Assembly: GCA_905178155.1 (NCBI GenBank)
Contig: CAJINV010000025.1
Span: forward strand, 1 to 64,000
From: Amoebophrya sp. A120
Taxonomy: Eukaryota; Protista; Dinoflagellata
DNA: 64,000 nucleotides
Reading direction: 5' to 3'
Shown: piece after piece, positions 50,207 through 62,669 of the stretch
Numbering within the stretch: the stretch's first letter is position 1
Layout: each line of letters opens with the position of its first letter
Notes under the pieces: generated by a model
Databases searched by the model: none
The model's input: the letters and a program-made list of their open reading frames with translations, nothing else
What the model was told of the DNA's origin: nothing
Position numbers and translations under genes: made by a program

Positions 50207-52936
50207 AACTACAGCGGGAGGTTCTTCGGGGAATTACAACCCGAGCGAAAATCTCCGGGCACCGCCGTCGTCGACTCCGAGCCAGCAGCCGCAGGACCTG
50301 CCGCCTAGAGCTAGTTATGCATTGCAAAAGTATCGTACTAGGCTGAATTGCATCACAAATAATTCTGCCAAGAGCAAAAAATGGAGTTTGTCATGCTGGA
50401 AAAGGTAAGGACCGATATCTGTCATGCATGAATGCAAATTAATACGAGTTCGATGCTTTTGCACTGCATACTAGTGCGCGGATGTCCGGTCGGACGGCAA
50501 CGGCGAGCAGTGTGGTTTCCACGACGAACTCGGCGCGGGGCAGTACCAAACCCAACCCGTTTATGGAGGCGTCAGGATCGAAATCAACAAAATCAAAATA
50601 AGTAATTTGTGATGCATAAACTCGATACCGCTTGGTGCTTCAGTTTCTAAGTGGCGCATGACAAGTTTCGGGAGCACCAAAATCTAGTCTGTCATGCCTT
50701 TTGGGCAAAGAAGACTGTTCCTGTCATGCTACACGGGCAGCACATCGCCTTCCCCTAAACAGGCTTGCGATTGGTCTCATTTGCCTGCTCCCTAATACAG
50801 ACTATGCGCGTTCTCCATTTCATGCATTACAAATTTTGCGACTTTGTCGATTTCGATCCTGACACCCCTATACCGTTTACCGGAGCCGCCGGGCGCGCCA
50901 GCTACGATCGGCAGAACAGTGGGGCGAGCAGTAGCAGTTCCGGGGGCAGAAGACCGCAGATGCAACAGATTACAAAGTACTCGATTATTTTTCGAAATTG
51001 CTGTGGTTCAGTAGTTTTTCTTTATACTTTTTGGGTCATCTTCTCGCTGTTTCTTTGTCTTCTACCTTCGTGCCTGTTTTATTTCATGGCTAGGTGCGAG
51101 TGCGACGAAGAGGTTTATTTACACAAATGTTTTCAACTACAGCATGCGCAGCATCAACCAGCCTTCCGGTGGCCGACGCGGGCAGCAGACTAGCTTCAAC
51201 CATTTTATGGGTCCCACGCACAGTTTATCAACTGTAGAAATGTCTGGGTCTGGAAGAATGCAAGATTTGTCATGCATATTTCTCATGACCCATGATGCCT
51301 GTAATGCATAACCTAGCATAGCAGATTTTTAGAGGGCTTCCTGATGCACTTTCTGCATGAGAAATGCCCTGTCCGTGTAGCACAATTTGTACCCCTCTTG
51401 CTGGTAATGCAATACAAATTTTTTTAGAGTCCAAAAACAGCATGACAAGATGCAATCTTCCAGACCCAGACACTTTTGCAGTTGATACAGTTCTACGAGC
51501 CGGGTGTCCTCGAAAAAGAGCCAAACCCGACAGTCGCTCGTATCCTGTGCAAAAGTATCGTACTCGTATTGCAATCATGCATTACAAATCCTTTTGTTAA
51601 AGGTAAATCCGCATTACAAATTTCATTTCTCATGCTGAGGAAATTTGTAATGCATTTTCATTTATACGAGTGCGATACTTTTGCATTGCATAGCTCGCCG
51701 GCTTCTGCGACGTTCAGGAGCAGGCCGTGCTGCAAGATCTCTTCGAGGCAGAAAACTTTCAGCTGAGCAGTGACGACGAGGAGGACGACGCGCGGCAAAA
51801 TTCGTGCATCTATCGCAAGCAAAAACTGTTTCTCTGTAAACTTGTCATGCAGAAAATGTATCTTGCATAGTGTCTGTCTTGCTACACATGCAAGAAAGTG
51901 GATTTTTTAGGTGTGTTTTGCCTTAGGAACATTGCATGGAAAATTTTCTCTGACGTGTAGAACAAGCTTGTGATGCTGCAAACCTTGCAAAACCCTTACA
52001 ATGAAACAGTTTTTTCTTGCGATAGCATCTCTGAGGTGAGTACTGCGACTTTGAAAGACGAGCTACTACGCGAGAAGAGAAGGCGGCTGAGCTCCGGCGG
52101 GAAAAGTTTGCAGCGCTTCTTGGGGGGCGCTGAAGAACAGCGAAATCACACTCACACGACGACGAATTCCTCGTCTAGGGGATACAACACACACGATCAG
52201 CTTCTATCCGGAGGTCGTGGAGCTGGTGCACCAGCTGTCACGGCCAGTACTGCCGCCATGAGCCGGAGTAAAGTCGGGGTGCCGAGCTACCACCACACGG
52301 GTACAAATGGTGCGAGCACGAGGACCCCCACTACAGCCGGAGTTCATCTGGAGCATCAAACTAGTACTGGCAATAGTACAATTACGTCTAATAAACCCGC
52401 GAACCTGCGACCGCTGACTAGTCGGCCCGCCGGCGGTGCTGGACATCCGGGCGGGTTGCCGCCAAGAGGGGGTGGAGCGATGGGAACGGGTGCGGCAAAT
52501 GGAATGATGCTAACCCACCACCAGCGCGGCGGGGGAACGCGGCCGCCCGCGAACCATCCGCACACGGTATTACAATGAAAAATCCCCCCACGCCAGAACC
52601 TCTTGGCAGCATTTGTATTGCAAACCCTTCCAAATGAAACATTCGCCCTCGTCTTGCATCTATCAGCATCACAGGTTTTCAGTCGCGAATAGCAAAAATT
52701 TGTATTGCAAAAGATCCCAGCAAGAGCGGCGCTTGTCATGCAAGCACTGCTATATACGCCTGGACTCTGCATCAGAAAGATTCATCATACTCCTTTCATG
52801 CATGACAAAAAGTTTTCATTTGCAAACTTTGCATCACAAATTATTGCAACTTTGGGGGTGGGGGCATTTTTCCTCGCGATACACGGTCGGCACGAGGCCG
52901 GGACGGGCACCACAAATGGCACCGGTCTACGAATGA
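50207..52936 (+). CDS. Formin segment 3: C-terminal low-complexity exons
   Basis: Continues ...FEQSGT|TAGGSSGNY... through six introners and a GT-AG intron (50977-51142) to ...APQMAPVYE*. Confidence 0.78.
52568..52881. mobile_element. Family I introner (tattacaatgaaaaatcccccca...gggggtgggggcatttttcctcgcgata)
   Basis: DR cacgg/cacgg; frame restored on removal. Confidence 0.8.
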
Positions 52937-53256
52937 AAATGATGAAGATCAGGATATTTTATTTTTATGCGACGTTGGAGTAGTTTTCGTTACAAGAAGG
53001 TTATTAAATAACAAAGGTGGAGTCTTGACCACCTCTACGCTCTCTTACAAGTGGCTTAGTTGTTTGTTCCGCGCCGAAGCGCGCAAGCAAGCAAGAGAAC
53101 TTGACCAGATTTTATACGTTTTCTTACTGTTGCATGATATTATTTAACAACTTCAACTCGGAAAACAAAGTACCCAGTCACGGGTTTCTTTCCATCTTGA
53201 TATACGAGAACTCCCTAGAAGTTTTTAATTTTACCGTTTTCATTTATTGATACACC

Positions 53257-53420
53257 AATGGCAACATAACAAAAAGCCTGGCGTAACTTACTAAAAGATC
53301 ATGTTGATGCAATGGCAATAGAGCCTGGCGCAACTTACTACTAAATAAAAGATCATGTCCTCGATGCAATGGGAATAGAGCCTGGCGCAACTTACTAAAA
53401 GATCATGGCAATAGAGCCAG
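53257..53420. repeat. Short imperfect tandem repeat (atggcaatagagcctggcgcaacttactaaaagatc, ~3.5 copies)
   Basis: Read directly from the sequence, downstream of the formin stop codon. Confidence 0.75.
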
Positions 53421-54820
53421 TAAAGAGAGGATCAAAAGAGCAGCAGCACAAGAAGTTGACTTGCTCGAGTTGTTTTCTTTCAAGGACTGGCTTGGTCTAT
53501 GTCTATCCAAAGTCCTTCTAGTTGGCCTAGTTTAATACAGTTGAGTCGGCAGCACAAATCCTGTGCGCCAGCAAGCACGCACTCTCTTTTTACCAGTACT
53601 GATATTATGCAAAATAAAGTGCGGAGAGAGGATGGAGGTCTTTCCGCACAGCCACATTTACAAATTGTTTTTTCGAGCTAACCTTTTGAAAATGCCAATA
53701 ATTTTCACGAGATCAGAATTTATTCGACAGTTACAGCAAAAGACTTCCAAAGAGTAGTAGTTTGATTCGAGCATATGGTTAGAGGCAAAAGCCCTGCACA
53801 AAAAAGTAGCAGGCACGATAATTTCCAATTTCAACAAGTAAAATACTGAATAAGCGCAAAGTTGCTATAAGCAGAAGAAGGTACTTTTTATTCATCTCGA
53901 CGGAAGTTTATAAGAACACCACAGTGCAGTCCTTGTCGCTGCTGCGATCGCAGAGCCAATGAGCTGCGCGAGACGGGAGACTGTAGTCAAAGCAGATTAG
54001 TAGTTTTCACGGCGGACTGGCAATAAACGATAAGTACGGAGAGCCAGTAGCCGAGATAGAAGAGAGCTTTCTATGTATAGGTAAATACGAACGGTTATCC
54101 AAGACCACGAGCTCGAATTGCAAAAGAAAAGCAGTCGCGTTTCCAGAGGCGCTGTCATACTATCTCGCCAAATAAGTAAACGACAAGTCAAGAAAAGTCC
54201 ATCGGGGAAAATGTTTTCGAATTTACAGTTCAAAAACCGCAAGAAGAGCTAGGGTTTCTTTTCAGATTCACAGATTTAAAAGACCGACGGGGTCACGCAG
54301 AACAGTGCGAATTTGTTTTCGAGCTAGATTTACTACAAAAATGAAATATTTTTCCACGACGAACAGCGAAAGCAAGGGCAAACGACGTGAAAAGCGGTGT
54401 GAGGGCAAGTTGTGATCTTTAGTACAAATGTAACATCATAAGTTTTGTGATTCACGGTCTGCGTGCAAGAAAAAGAATGTGTTCAACCTTATAGGACGAG
54501 TACGACAACATTAGAAGTACGATTATCCCGAGAACGAAGGTTGCCGTTGGTGCTGACGTGTGCAAAACGGCCGTGAAGAGAGCCTATGGAGCGTAAGTAT
54601 TCAAACTCGAAAAAGCGACTGTTACGGCATACTGCTTTTTTCGAGCGTGTCAAAATTTTCTGTCTTTTTTCCGATTTTACCCGCTCCGATAAAGCGCCCC
54701 AATCGCCGCTGTGCTATCGCACATTTTAGCCTGATCAGACGTCGTAGCTTGTGGTGGAAGTGGTTGCAGCAACTCCCGGCACTTCCCGTCGCAGCATGCA
54801 CAACGTCCTCGAGGACCATC

Positions 54821-57800
54821 ATGCTGGCCTACACGAGTGTGGAGAAGATCCTGACTCGGCTCGGGTACTCGCACACCCGTACCCGGGGGAGTCACCACCA
54901 ATTTACGCACCCGCACCGCGCGACGCAGCCCGTGCCGGTGCACAACCACAAGGTGCGGCCGGATGTGTTTCGCTTGATCCTGCGCAACATCGAGCGGGTG
55001 CGGGAGAGGGAAGAGCAGGAGACCGGCTTTGTTCATGATCCTGTACAACTAGTGGAGGAGGTTGATATTAAAAACGACGATGCTGAGGAGCTCCAGGTTG
55101 ACTTGTGCGAAGAAGTGGAGGTGGATGAATCAACTAGTACAAGAACTTCTGCTGCATCTAATATTGCGCCACACGAGGTGGACACCTCCTCTTCCTCCAG
55201 CGGTTCTGCTAGTGCGCATGCTGACCTTGTTCCAGTCACTACAACTTCCAGAAGTTCTTTTCCTGGCGATAAAGCGAAAGCTGGCGGGTCCACCGGAATT
55301 ACATCTTCCGACGAGGTAGCTTTGCAGAAGGGAACAAGAGTTGCTGCTTCGTCTACAAGAAGGAGCCTTCTGTTCAAGCCGAAGCCCCGACAACGGAGCA
55401 TCAAGCTCAACGTGCACACGATTGCCAGCATCGTCCTCGCGACCGAGGAAAAGGAGGAGTACGAACGCCTTTTGCAGGTGTGGGAAGCGAGGGCGAAAGC
55501 GAAGCAGGAAGGAGTTCGGCAGGAACTGCTGGACATTGAGGCGGAGTTTCACGAACTAATTTCGGATGGCAAGGCCAAAGAGGCTGCGGACATGCTGGAA
55601 AATGTGGTACGCGATAAGCGATTCGCAAAATATCGCGGACAGCAGCTGCAGGAGCAGAAGTCTTCGGGTAGTAGTTCTTGTCAACAACAGTCTACTTCAT
55701 CGGGTGGAGATGGTGTTGACCGCATGAAGATCCTCCAGCCGGAGGCCACTGTGACGATCTTTGACCTAGAACTGTACTACACAACCGCTTTGGAGCAGCA
55801 CGCCAGCTCCTTCCCCTTCGGCAGTGAGAAGGCGTTGGCGGTGTACCAGAAGTTGCTGAATTACCTGGAAAAAATGAAGACTGTCTGGTGGCGCCACAAG
55901 GAGACCAGTGTGGTGGAACTTCGACACAGCGAGTGCCTGAAGAGCGTGCTGTGCGGGTTATCGGCCGCCCTGTGCAAGCTGAGGGAGAAAAAACTTGCGG
56001 GCCTCGAGATGGTCCTGGCGCAGCGCATATCAAATGCAAAAATGTCTGGGTCTGGAAGAGTCATGCTGCTTTTGCATGACAAAGAAGGTCTGGCATGGAA
56101 ACTCTAGCATCACAGGCTTCGAGAAGCTTCCGCAATGCCGAATCTGCATCACAAATGCCCGACTTTGGTGACAGAAAGTAGACAGCTTTTGCTGCCTATG
56201 CATGAGAGATTCTTATGTGTTGTGAAATGCGCATCACAAGCTTGCATTCTTCCAGACCCAGATATATTTGCAATGCATAGCGCAATGTCACCAACTTTTT
56301 CATCTGGCTGGTCGGGTACTTTGACGAGCAAAAGCTCCGCGCCGAGCCGCGGCGCCGCCGGTTTGCGGAGCTGACCGAGATCTTCGGCCCCGAGCTGCTG
56401 GGGCTCGCCCGGCAACTCCTCTCGCCCGCGAGCCATTTCTTCCTCGAAGTCGCGGCTCCCTCGGGGATTCTACAGCGTTGCGAGAAGAAGTGGCTGCGAG
56501 AACTGCAAAAGGCGCCCAAGTATCAAATGCAAATATATGTTTTCTGGGTCTGGCAAGTTGTGATGCAAATCTGTCAATGGTGAGCGCAAGTGCGTTTTCA
56601 GGCAAGAGGCCCTTTTCTTGCTCATGCAACAGAGATTTAAGGGTCATGCCAGACAAGCATGACAAACTTGCAATCTTCAAGACGAAGACATGTTTGCAAT
56701 GCATACCAAGTCCGTCACGCTGCTGCTCGAAGTGTTCGAGCTGATCGTACCGAAAAACGCGAAAGAATGTCCAAAGGCCCGCAAAGCCTTCTGGAAGAGG
56801 ATCACCGACGAGATCAACAGTCGCGGCATGGGTCTGGGGCTCATGTGCGGCTGCGGGTGCAACTCCGGCGTGCGCGTGTCCCAGGAGCGAGAGCTCTTGA
56901 AGCCCAACCGCGCGGAAGCGGCTTACAACACCGAGCTCAAGATGCTGCTATCAACTGCAAATATGTCTGGGTCTGGAAGAGTCGGGGTTTGTCATGCACA
57001 TTTTGCATGACCCGTGAGGTCTGTGATGCAGATCCTAGCACCAGCAGAGATTTTTTGAGGGCTTCTTGATGCTTATCACGCATGAGAAATGGTCTCTCCG
57101 CGTGCCAAGAACTGAACTCCTCTTGCTGCTCATGCAACACAGATATTTTTAGATTCCGCAGACAGCATTACAAGTTTCACCCTTCCAGACCCAGACATAT
57201 TTGCACTGCATAGCTGCGCTGGCTGCGCGAATTCGTCGGCAGCTTTCACGACGTCCAAGCGAACGAAAAGATTGACGACATGACCCTCCTTCACGGCTGG
57301 GGCTCCACGTGCGGCCTTGGCGCCGAGGTGGTCTATGAAATGCAAAAGCATCGTACTAGTATAAATTGTATTACAAATTCGCTCAGCATTACAAATAAGA
57401 TTTGTAATGCTGTTTTACCGTAGGAAAGAGATTTGTCATGCATAACAGCAATTACTACGAGTACGATACTTTTGCAGAGCATATGCTCTTGTCGCTCGTG
57501 ATGTTGAACCGCCTGCGCCCGAGTGTGCCGGCGCGCCTCCTCGCGAATCACCTGGCGCTGCTGCGGAAGTTCAACCTGGCTAGATTACACCCCGCCTGGG
57601 TACTGGGGTGTGACTTTTGGGCGTGTTCGAACCATTTCGAGTGGTCTGCCTATTACCAGCTCGCCGCCGGCCTCATGACTTTTCTTTACGAGCTGATCGG
57701 AACGAAATGTGGGCGACAACTGCTGCTGCAGAACAAAGCCCCGGAGATTTTTCGTTTTTTGGCAAGCACCAACAGAAGTTTTGGTGCGGGGAGCAAGAAT

Positions 57801-60800
57801 TTTTTGTGGGCGGGTAGTAGTACAAGAACCTCTAGTGCAACAGCACGCCACTCCTCGACGGCCGCTGCGGCTGCCGGGAACAAGAACGACATTGCCAAGA
57901 ACGACATCAAGAAAATTACTACCCATAGTACGCGCTCCTGGCCGCTGGAAAAAATCCCAGTCGATGAGGTACGAAAAGTGTTTACGGAGACCTTTTTCTA
58001 CATGGCACAGGGCTACCAGTACGAGTTTGGGCGACAAAGCGGAAAACACGTCCTGTTCGAGAGGTCGATGCAGATCCCGGAGGCAGCGCCGCACTACGTG
58101 CTGCACACCTTTTTCCTACCGGTACAGGTATTGTACCTGATCGAGCAGCTCGAAGGAACCCTGTCATCTTCGATGACGAGGACCGCGGCCTCCGGCCGAC
58201 CGGAAAAGTACCATCATGCTGGCGAGGACGTCGAAACAGGAAATAAAGGCCGCGACGTGCCGGTTGATGTGGACGAGCACGACGGCGCAACCGACGACCA
58301 CGACAGAACAAGCGCTGTTGATCCGGCCTCGGCAGCCGCAACTTCTGCGTCGAAGATGTTGCTACCAGCAGCAGGTCGTGCTGTTGATGTACTAGCTGGG
58401 GGGACCACGACCTCGACCACCTCGCCAACAACTTCATCTCAGACCACTACAGAGACCACGGGTCGTGGAGAAGTGCAGTCTTTAAAAACAGCCGGGACGA
58501 CGAGCATGAAAACCAGCAGAGAACAAGATCATGCAGAAGCTGTAAAAAGAACGACGAACACCGTCGTCCTCTCCACAGAAGATGAACAATCTCCCAATCG
58601 TCCGCTCGCCCGCCGGCTCGTGCGCTTTTTGCTTGGGTGGATGCAAGCCGGACTGGAAAACTCGACCGTGGACGGAATTACGTGGCACGCCTTTGTGCGC
58701 CAGAAGCTGGACCAGGTTTCGTGCGCAAAAGACCCGATGACGAAAAAATTAATGTACGGGCCCGGCCCGGTTGCGTTCAACTGCTACCCGGCCCTGAACT
58801 TCCAGCCAAGAAAAACCGACGCTCCGCTGCTCGCGCGCGACGTCCGCGGTGGGCTGGCGCCGCTCGTCTGCGCGCTGGGGCAAAGTGGCCTGGAGATGTG
58901 GGACGTCGTGACGAGAGAGGAGGCCAACCGTCGCAGATTGTCGGGCGAAACATGGAGCGTCAGCGGGGCGGAGTTATCCTCAGTCCAAACGCTCCTTCGA
59001 TCCCAGAATTTTTGTCATGCAAATCTGCATGCCAATGGGAATGGACAGGCCAAGGGGAGCCTGAAGATCTCTCATATACAAGGAGGCACCGTGTGGGATG
59101 CAGTTTCTATAACCCTAACTATGTTTGGACATCCGTGACGAGTATACGAAACTAAATTTCAGGAGACGCGTCTGGATTGATCAGCTAGGCGCGATTTTTA
59201 CCTACTTACTGTACTGTCGTGTATCCACGAATCTTCTACTTCTCACGTGCGTGGCTCGCAATAATTAAAAGTAGTTCCGAATCACTTGTCTTCTACTTAG
59301 TGCTCGCCCCATCTTGATTTTGGGGTCGTGGGTACATAGAATTTTTCCGCAGGACAGAAGTTCGTCGAGAAGTTTCTGCTACAAGGCCTCCGGGATTACG
59401 ACCTGAACTACAGAGATGTCGTCCAGGACCAGACTTTGTTTTCTCCGAAGCACGAAACCCTCACGCTGCTCCTCCGGATCGCTTCGCAGTGCATTCTGCG
59501 GACGCACGAGGGTGGTGGTCCCGGACGAGGTCCCCCCGAGACAAGTCGTCCTTCTTCGAAGCCGCAAGAAGATGAAGTGGAACAATTACGCGGCCAGGAA
59601 GACGAGGCTGTACTAGAGCCGAAGGGAACATCAACGTCGAAGGATTCCTTCAATATTAAACAAACTACTGCGTCAAACTCGGGGGGAGGAGGGGTTGTGC
59701 GACCGCGTGCAAGAAAAGCAATTTCCTTTCCGAGTGCTGACACCGCGGTCACGTCGAAGGCGGAGCAGGAGGGCTTTTTTGCTTTTTTGGCATCCATATC
59801 GAATGCAAATATGTCTGGGTCTGGAAACTACTAACTTGTGATGCTGAATGGTCATGATTGACTGTGCCTGTAAGTGCAGTATAGCATGACGAATGCTTCA
59901 TACGCTTTTTCATGCGCAGAACGCATTACTAACTGCGCTTTTGCATGACGAAACTGTGGCGCTTTATTTGCTGTTTACGCAATACAGATTTTCTGCGAAT
60001 GCGAAACATGCAATACAGGTTCAACCTTTCCAGACCCAGACCTATTTGCAATGCATATTCCGACTACGTGAAAACCGTTTTTACCGTGGACTACTTCACT
60101 GCGTTTCTCACTATCAAATGCAAAAATGTCTGGGTCTGGGAGGATGGAACTTGTGATGCGTCCTGTGGGTCACCCAAAGATCTGTGTTGCGTGATCACCA
60201 AAAGTTGCTCTTTTTTGACCAACATGAGCAGGAGTTTCTCATGCAGGATAGGCATGGTGGAGACTTCGCAGGATCTGTCGTGCTAGGTCCTGCATTCCAG
60301 GCCTCATGGGGCATGGAAAATATGCATGACAAATCTGCATTCCTCTTCCAGACCCAGACACTTTTGCATTTGATACTCACGGAGCAGGTTCTATTCGGAC
60401 CGGAAGCCATGAACCAGCTAGAAAGGATATCCTGAGTAAAAACGTACCCACACCAGAGTCAGTATGGGGATTTTGCAATACAAACCAAGGAGTTTTGTGA
60501 GTCACGCATGACAAGTTGCCCTCCGCAGTGTAGTGCAGGTTAGCAAGTGCAGCCGCGTCACAGATTCATCTGCTCATCCTGTTCACAGCATCACAAATTC
60601 CAAAACACGATTGGAAATGGCTCTCATGGGGATGTGCATTACAAGTCTTCCTGTCTTTGCAAATCTGCATTACAACTCTGGCGTGGGTACGTTTTTACTC
60701 AGGATAAAGGATGCACGGGGTGCCGGATCCCTACGCGGCGGAGTCTTACTCCAGTGCGGATGAGGAAGAAGAGGAGTCAACTTCTTGTGTGGATGATCAT

Positions 60801-61622
60801 GGAGATGACGGCGAGGGAGGTGACGATGATGTTCGTACAAAGAAAATAAACAGCAGCGACTGTAGCGACGCTAGCAGGGTGGATAAGAAACAAGTGGAAG
60901 AAGTCACTAACGACCAACAGGACGACAGCACTACTAGCACCACCACCCACAAGGAGCAGAGCGCTGGTGAACAAGACACGGTTGTATCATCGTCAGCTAA
61001 TGAACGGACGAAGAAGAAGCTCCGAAGAAAGCCCGACTTTTATCCGAGCCGCGGGCCCCGGGACGAAAAAGTGGACGCCTGGGACTACGGCGAGCCGCCA
61101 ACGATTTGGAGGTTTCTGACGATGGCGCTGGGGGTACAGGTGCTGTACGAGCGCGTATGGGAGGCCTGGGAGGCGGCATTTCCATTTATTCGGGACGACG
61201 ACGCCGGCGTTCTTGTTTTCGGGAAGATTTCGTCCGCGGGAAAGAAAACGCAGCAAAATAAGACGAAGCGCAGCAGGCGTAAAAAGAACGCCTGCACTTC
61301 TAAAGTGGAAACTGCGCCGGTTGCTGGGGCCCCCGCGCCAGATTCTTCTGAACGTCGTCGAGATGCAGGCCAAACAGCCCTGCCGGAGGCCAACAACTAC
61401 AGTAATTCTGCAGCGACGGACAGCCAAAGCAGCTCCAGCCCGGCCGAGGACATCAGCTGCACCATGGAGCAAAGGAATGACAATGATCGAAGCGGAACGG
61501 GTGAAAACGAACTGGATCCGTTTTTGGAAAACACCAACGCTGTTTTGTACAGGATTGCGACGGACCTGGACATAGATTTGAGCTTCGAACTAAACCTTGA
61601 TAGGTACTACTGCAACTGCTAA
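54821..61622 (+). CDS. Large protein with N-terminal HicA-like (dsRBD-fold mRNA interferase) domain; 8 introners
   Basis: N-terminus YTSVEKILTRLGYSHTRTRGSHHQFTHPHRATQPVPVHNHKVRPDVFRLILRNI matches the HicA pattern (LGf...R.GSH..f.HP....VP.H). The frame is continuous after removing 56028-56279, 56521-56705, 56949-57212, 57334-57483, 58975-59356, 59797-60057, 60112-60375 and 60428-60706. Confidence 0.82.
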
Positions 61623-62669
61623 AAATCTTATATCCGGTGGCGCCGGCGTCGCAATTCCACTTCTAACATATTACAGATTTATTCGTGAAATATATGACGA
61701 GCGCCGGGACTGATTTTTTTTCCTGAGTGAATACTTCCGTTCGACAAGGACAATCGATCAATACAACATTCATGATTTATATCGAAGGAATTATATTCTT
61801 TTCCAGTTCCACCGTCACGAAATGCATACTCGATGTGAATTGCAAAGAAAAGTTATGTGCCACCTGTAGAAGTGCCTCTAATAGTCATTGTCAAGTAGGA
61901 CGACTACAGGCACTGCTACGGACGACGCTCCTGGTGGCCGGCGGACAAAGTTGCCTTTTTGGATTAGAAACTTGATTGTTCTCATCTCGCGACAATTTCA
62001 TCTCGGGAAGTGCTTGCGTTTGTGCTTTCGCCCAGTGGTCGCAGTCGACAAAAATTTTGAGAAATAATTCAAATTGCACCGCCAACATCTTGAAAGCACC
62101 TCGGCCACGAATGCTCTGACCAAAGCATGTTGAGAGGACCAGACGAAAACCGTCTATGAATCCAAAGCGCTTGTGCTGTGTCGTCCGCCTGCATCATTCA
62201 AGAAGATGTGACAACAGTGTGTGGCCTTGAACTGCAGCGCCGTCCTTCTCGTAGAGTGAGGTGGTTTTTCGGTCGTCGAGGAAGTAATTACTCAAGAATG
62301 GCCCGATACTGACTTGGAAGAACCCGGTTTTTAAGCGCGGCTGCGGTTTTGTTTGCTTGCTCGAAAACGAAGAGGGGGAGCGCCGCATGATGGAAGCCGA
62401 GACCCCTGCGCTCCTCGTCAGTTTCCTTTTAATGCGATCGTTCGCTTTATTACGCCGACGCCGAGAGTGAACCAGGGGTTGCAAGAACACGCTAAGATAA
62501 AGATTTATTCCAGAGGGCACGAGGATTTCCTGCCGCGGTCCATTCCTGCTCGTGGGGGTGCTTACAACATCTAGTCGAGTGTAGTGGCAGTTCCAGTTGA
62601 CCCCACCAAGTACTATGGGCCAGCGGCTTTCCCAAGACTGCGGCGCGTGCTGGGACCCGGAGGGGGCTG

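Noticed and set aside
4145-60849. Dozens of short ORFs sharing peptides such as KCKNVWVWK, LPDPDIFAF, FQTQT and SNAKMSGSGR
   Set aside because: They are translations of the family-A TIR in different frames, not a protein family.
62360-62430. Possible hammerhead ribozyme (CTGACGAG on the minus strand followed by a stem)
   Set aside because: The required GAAA after stem II is absent.
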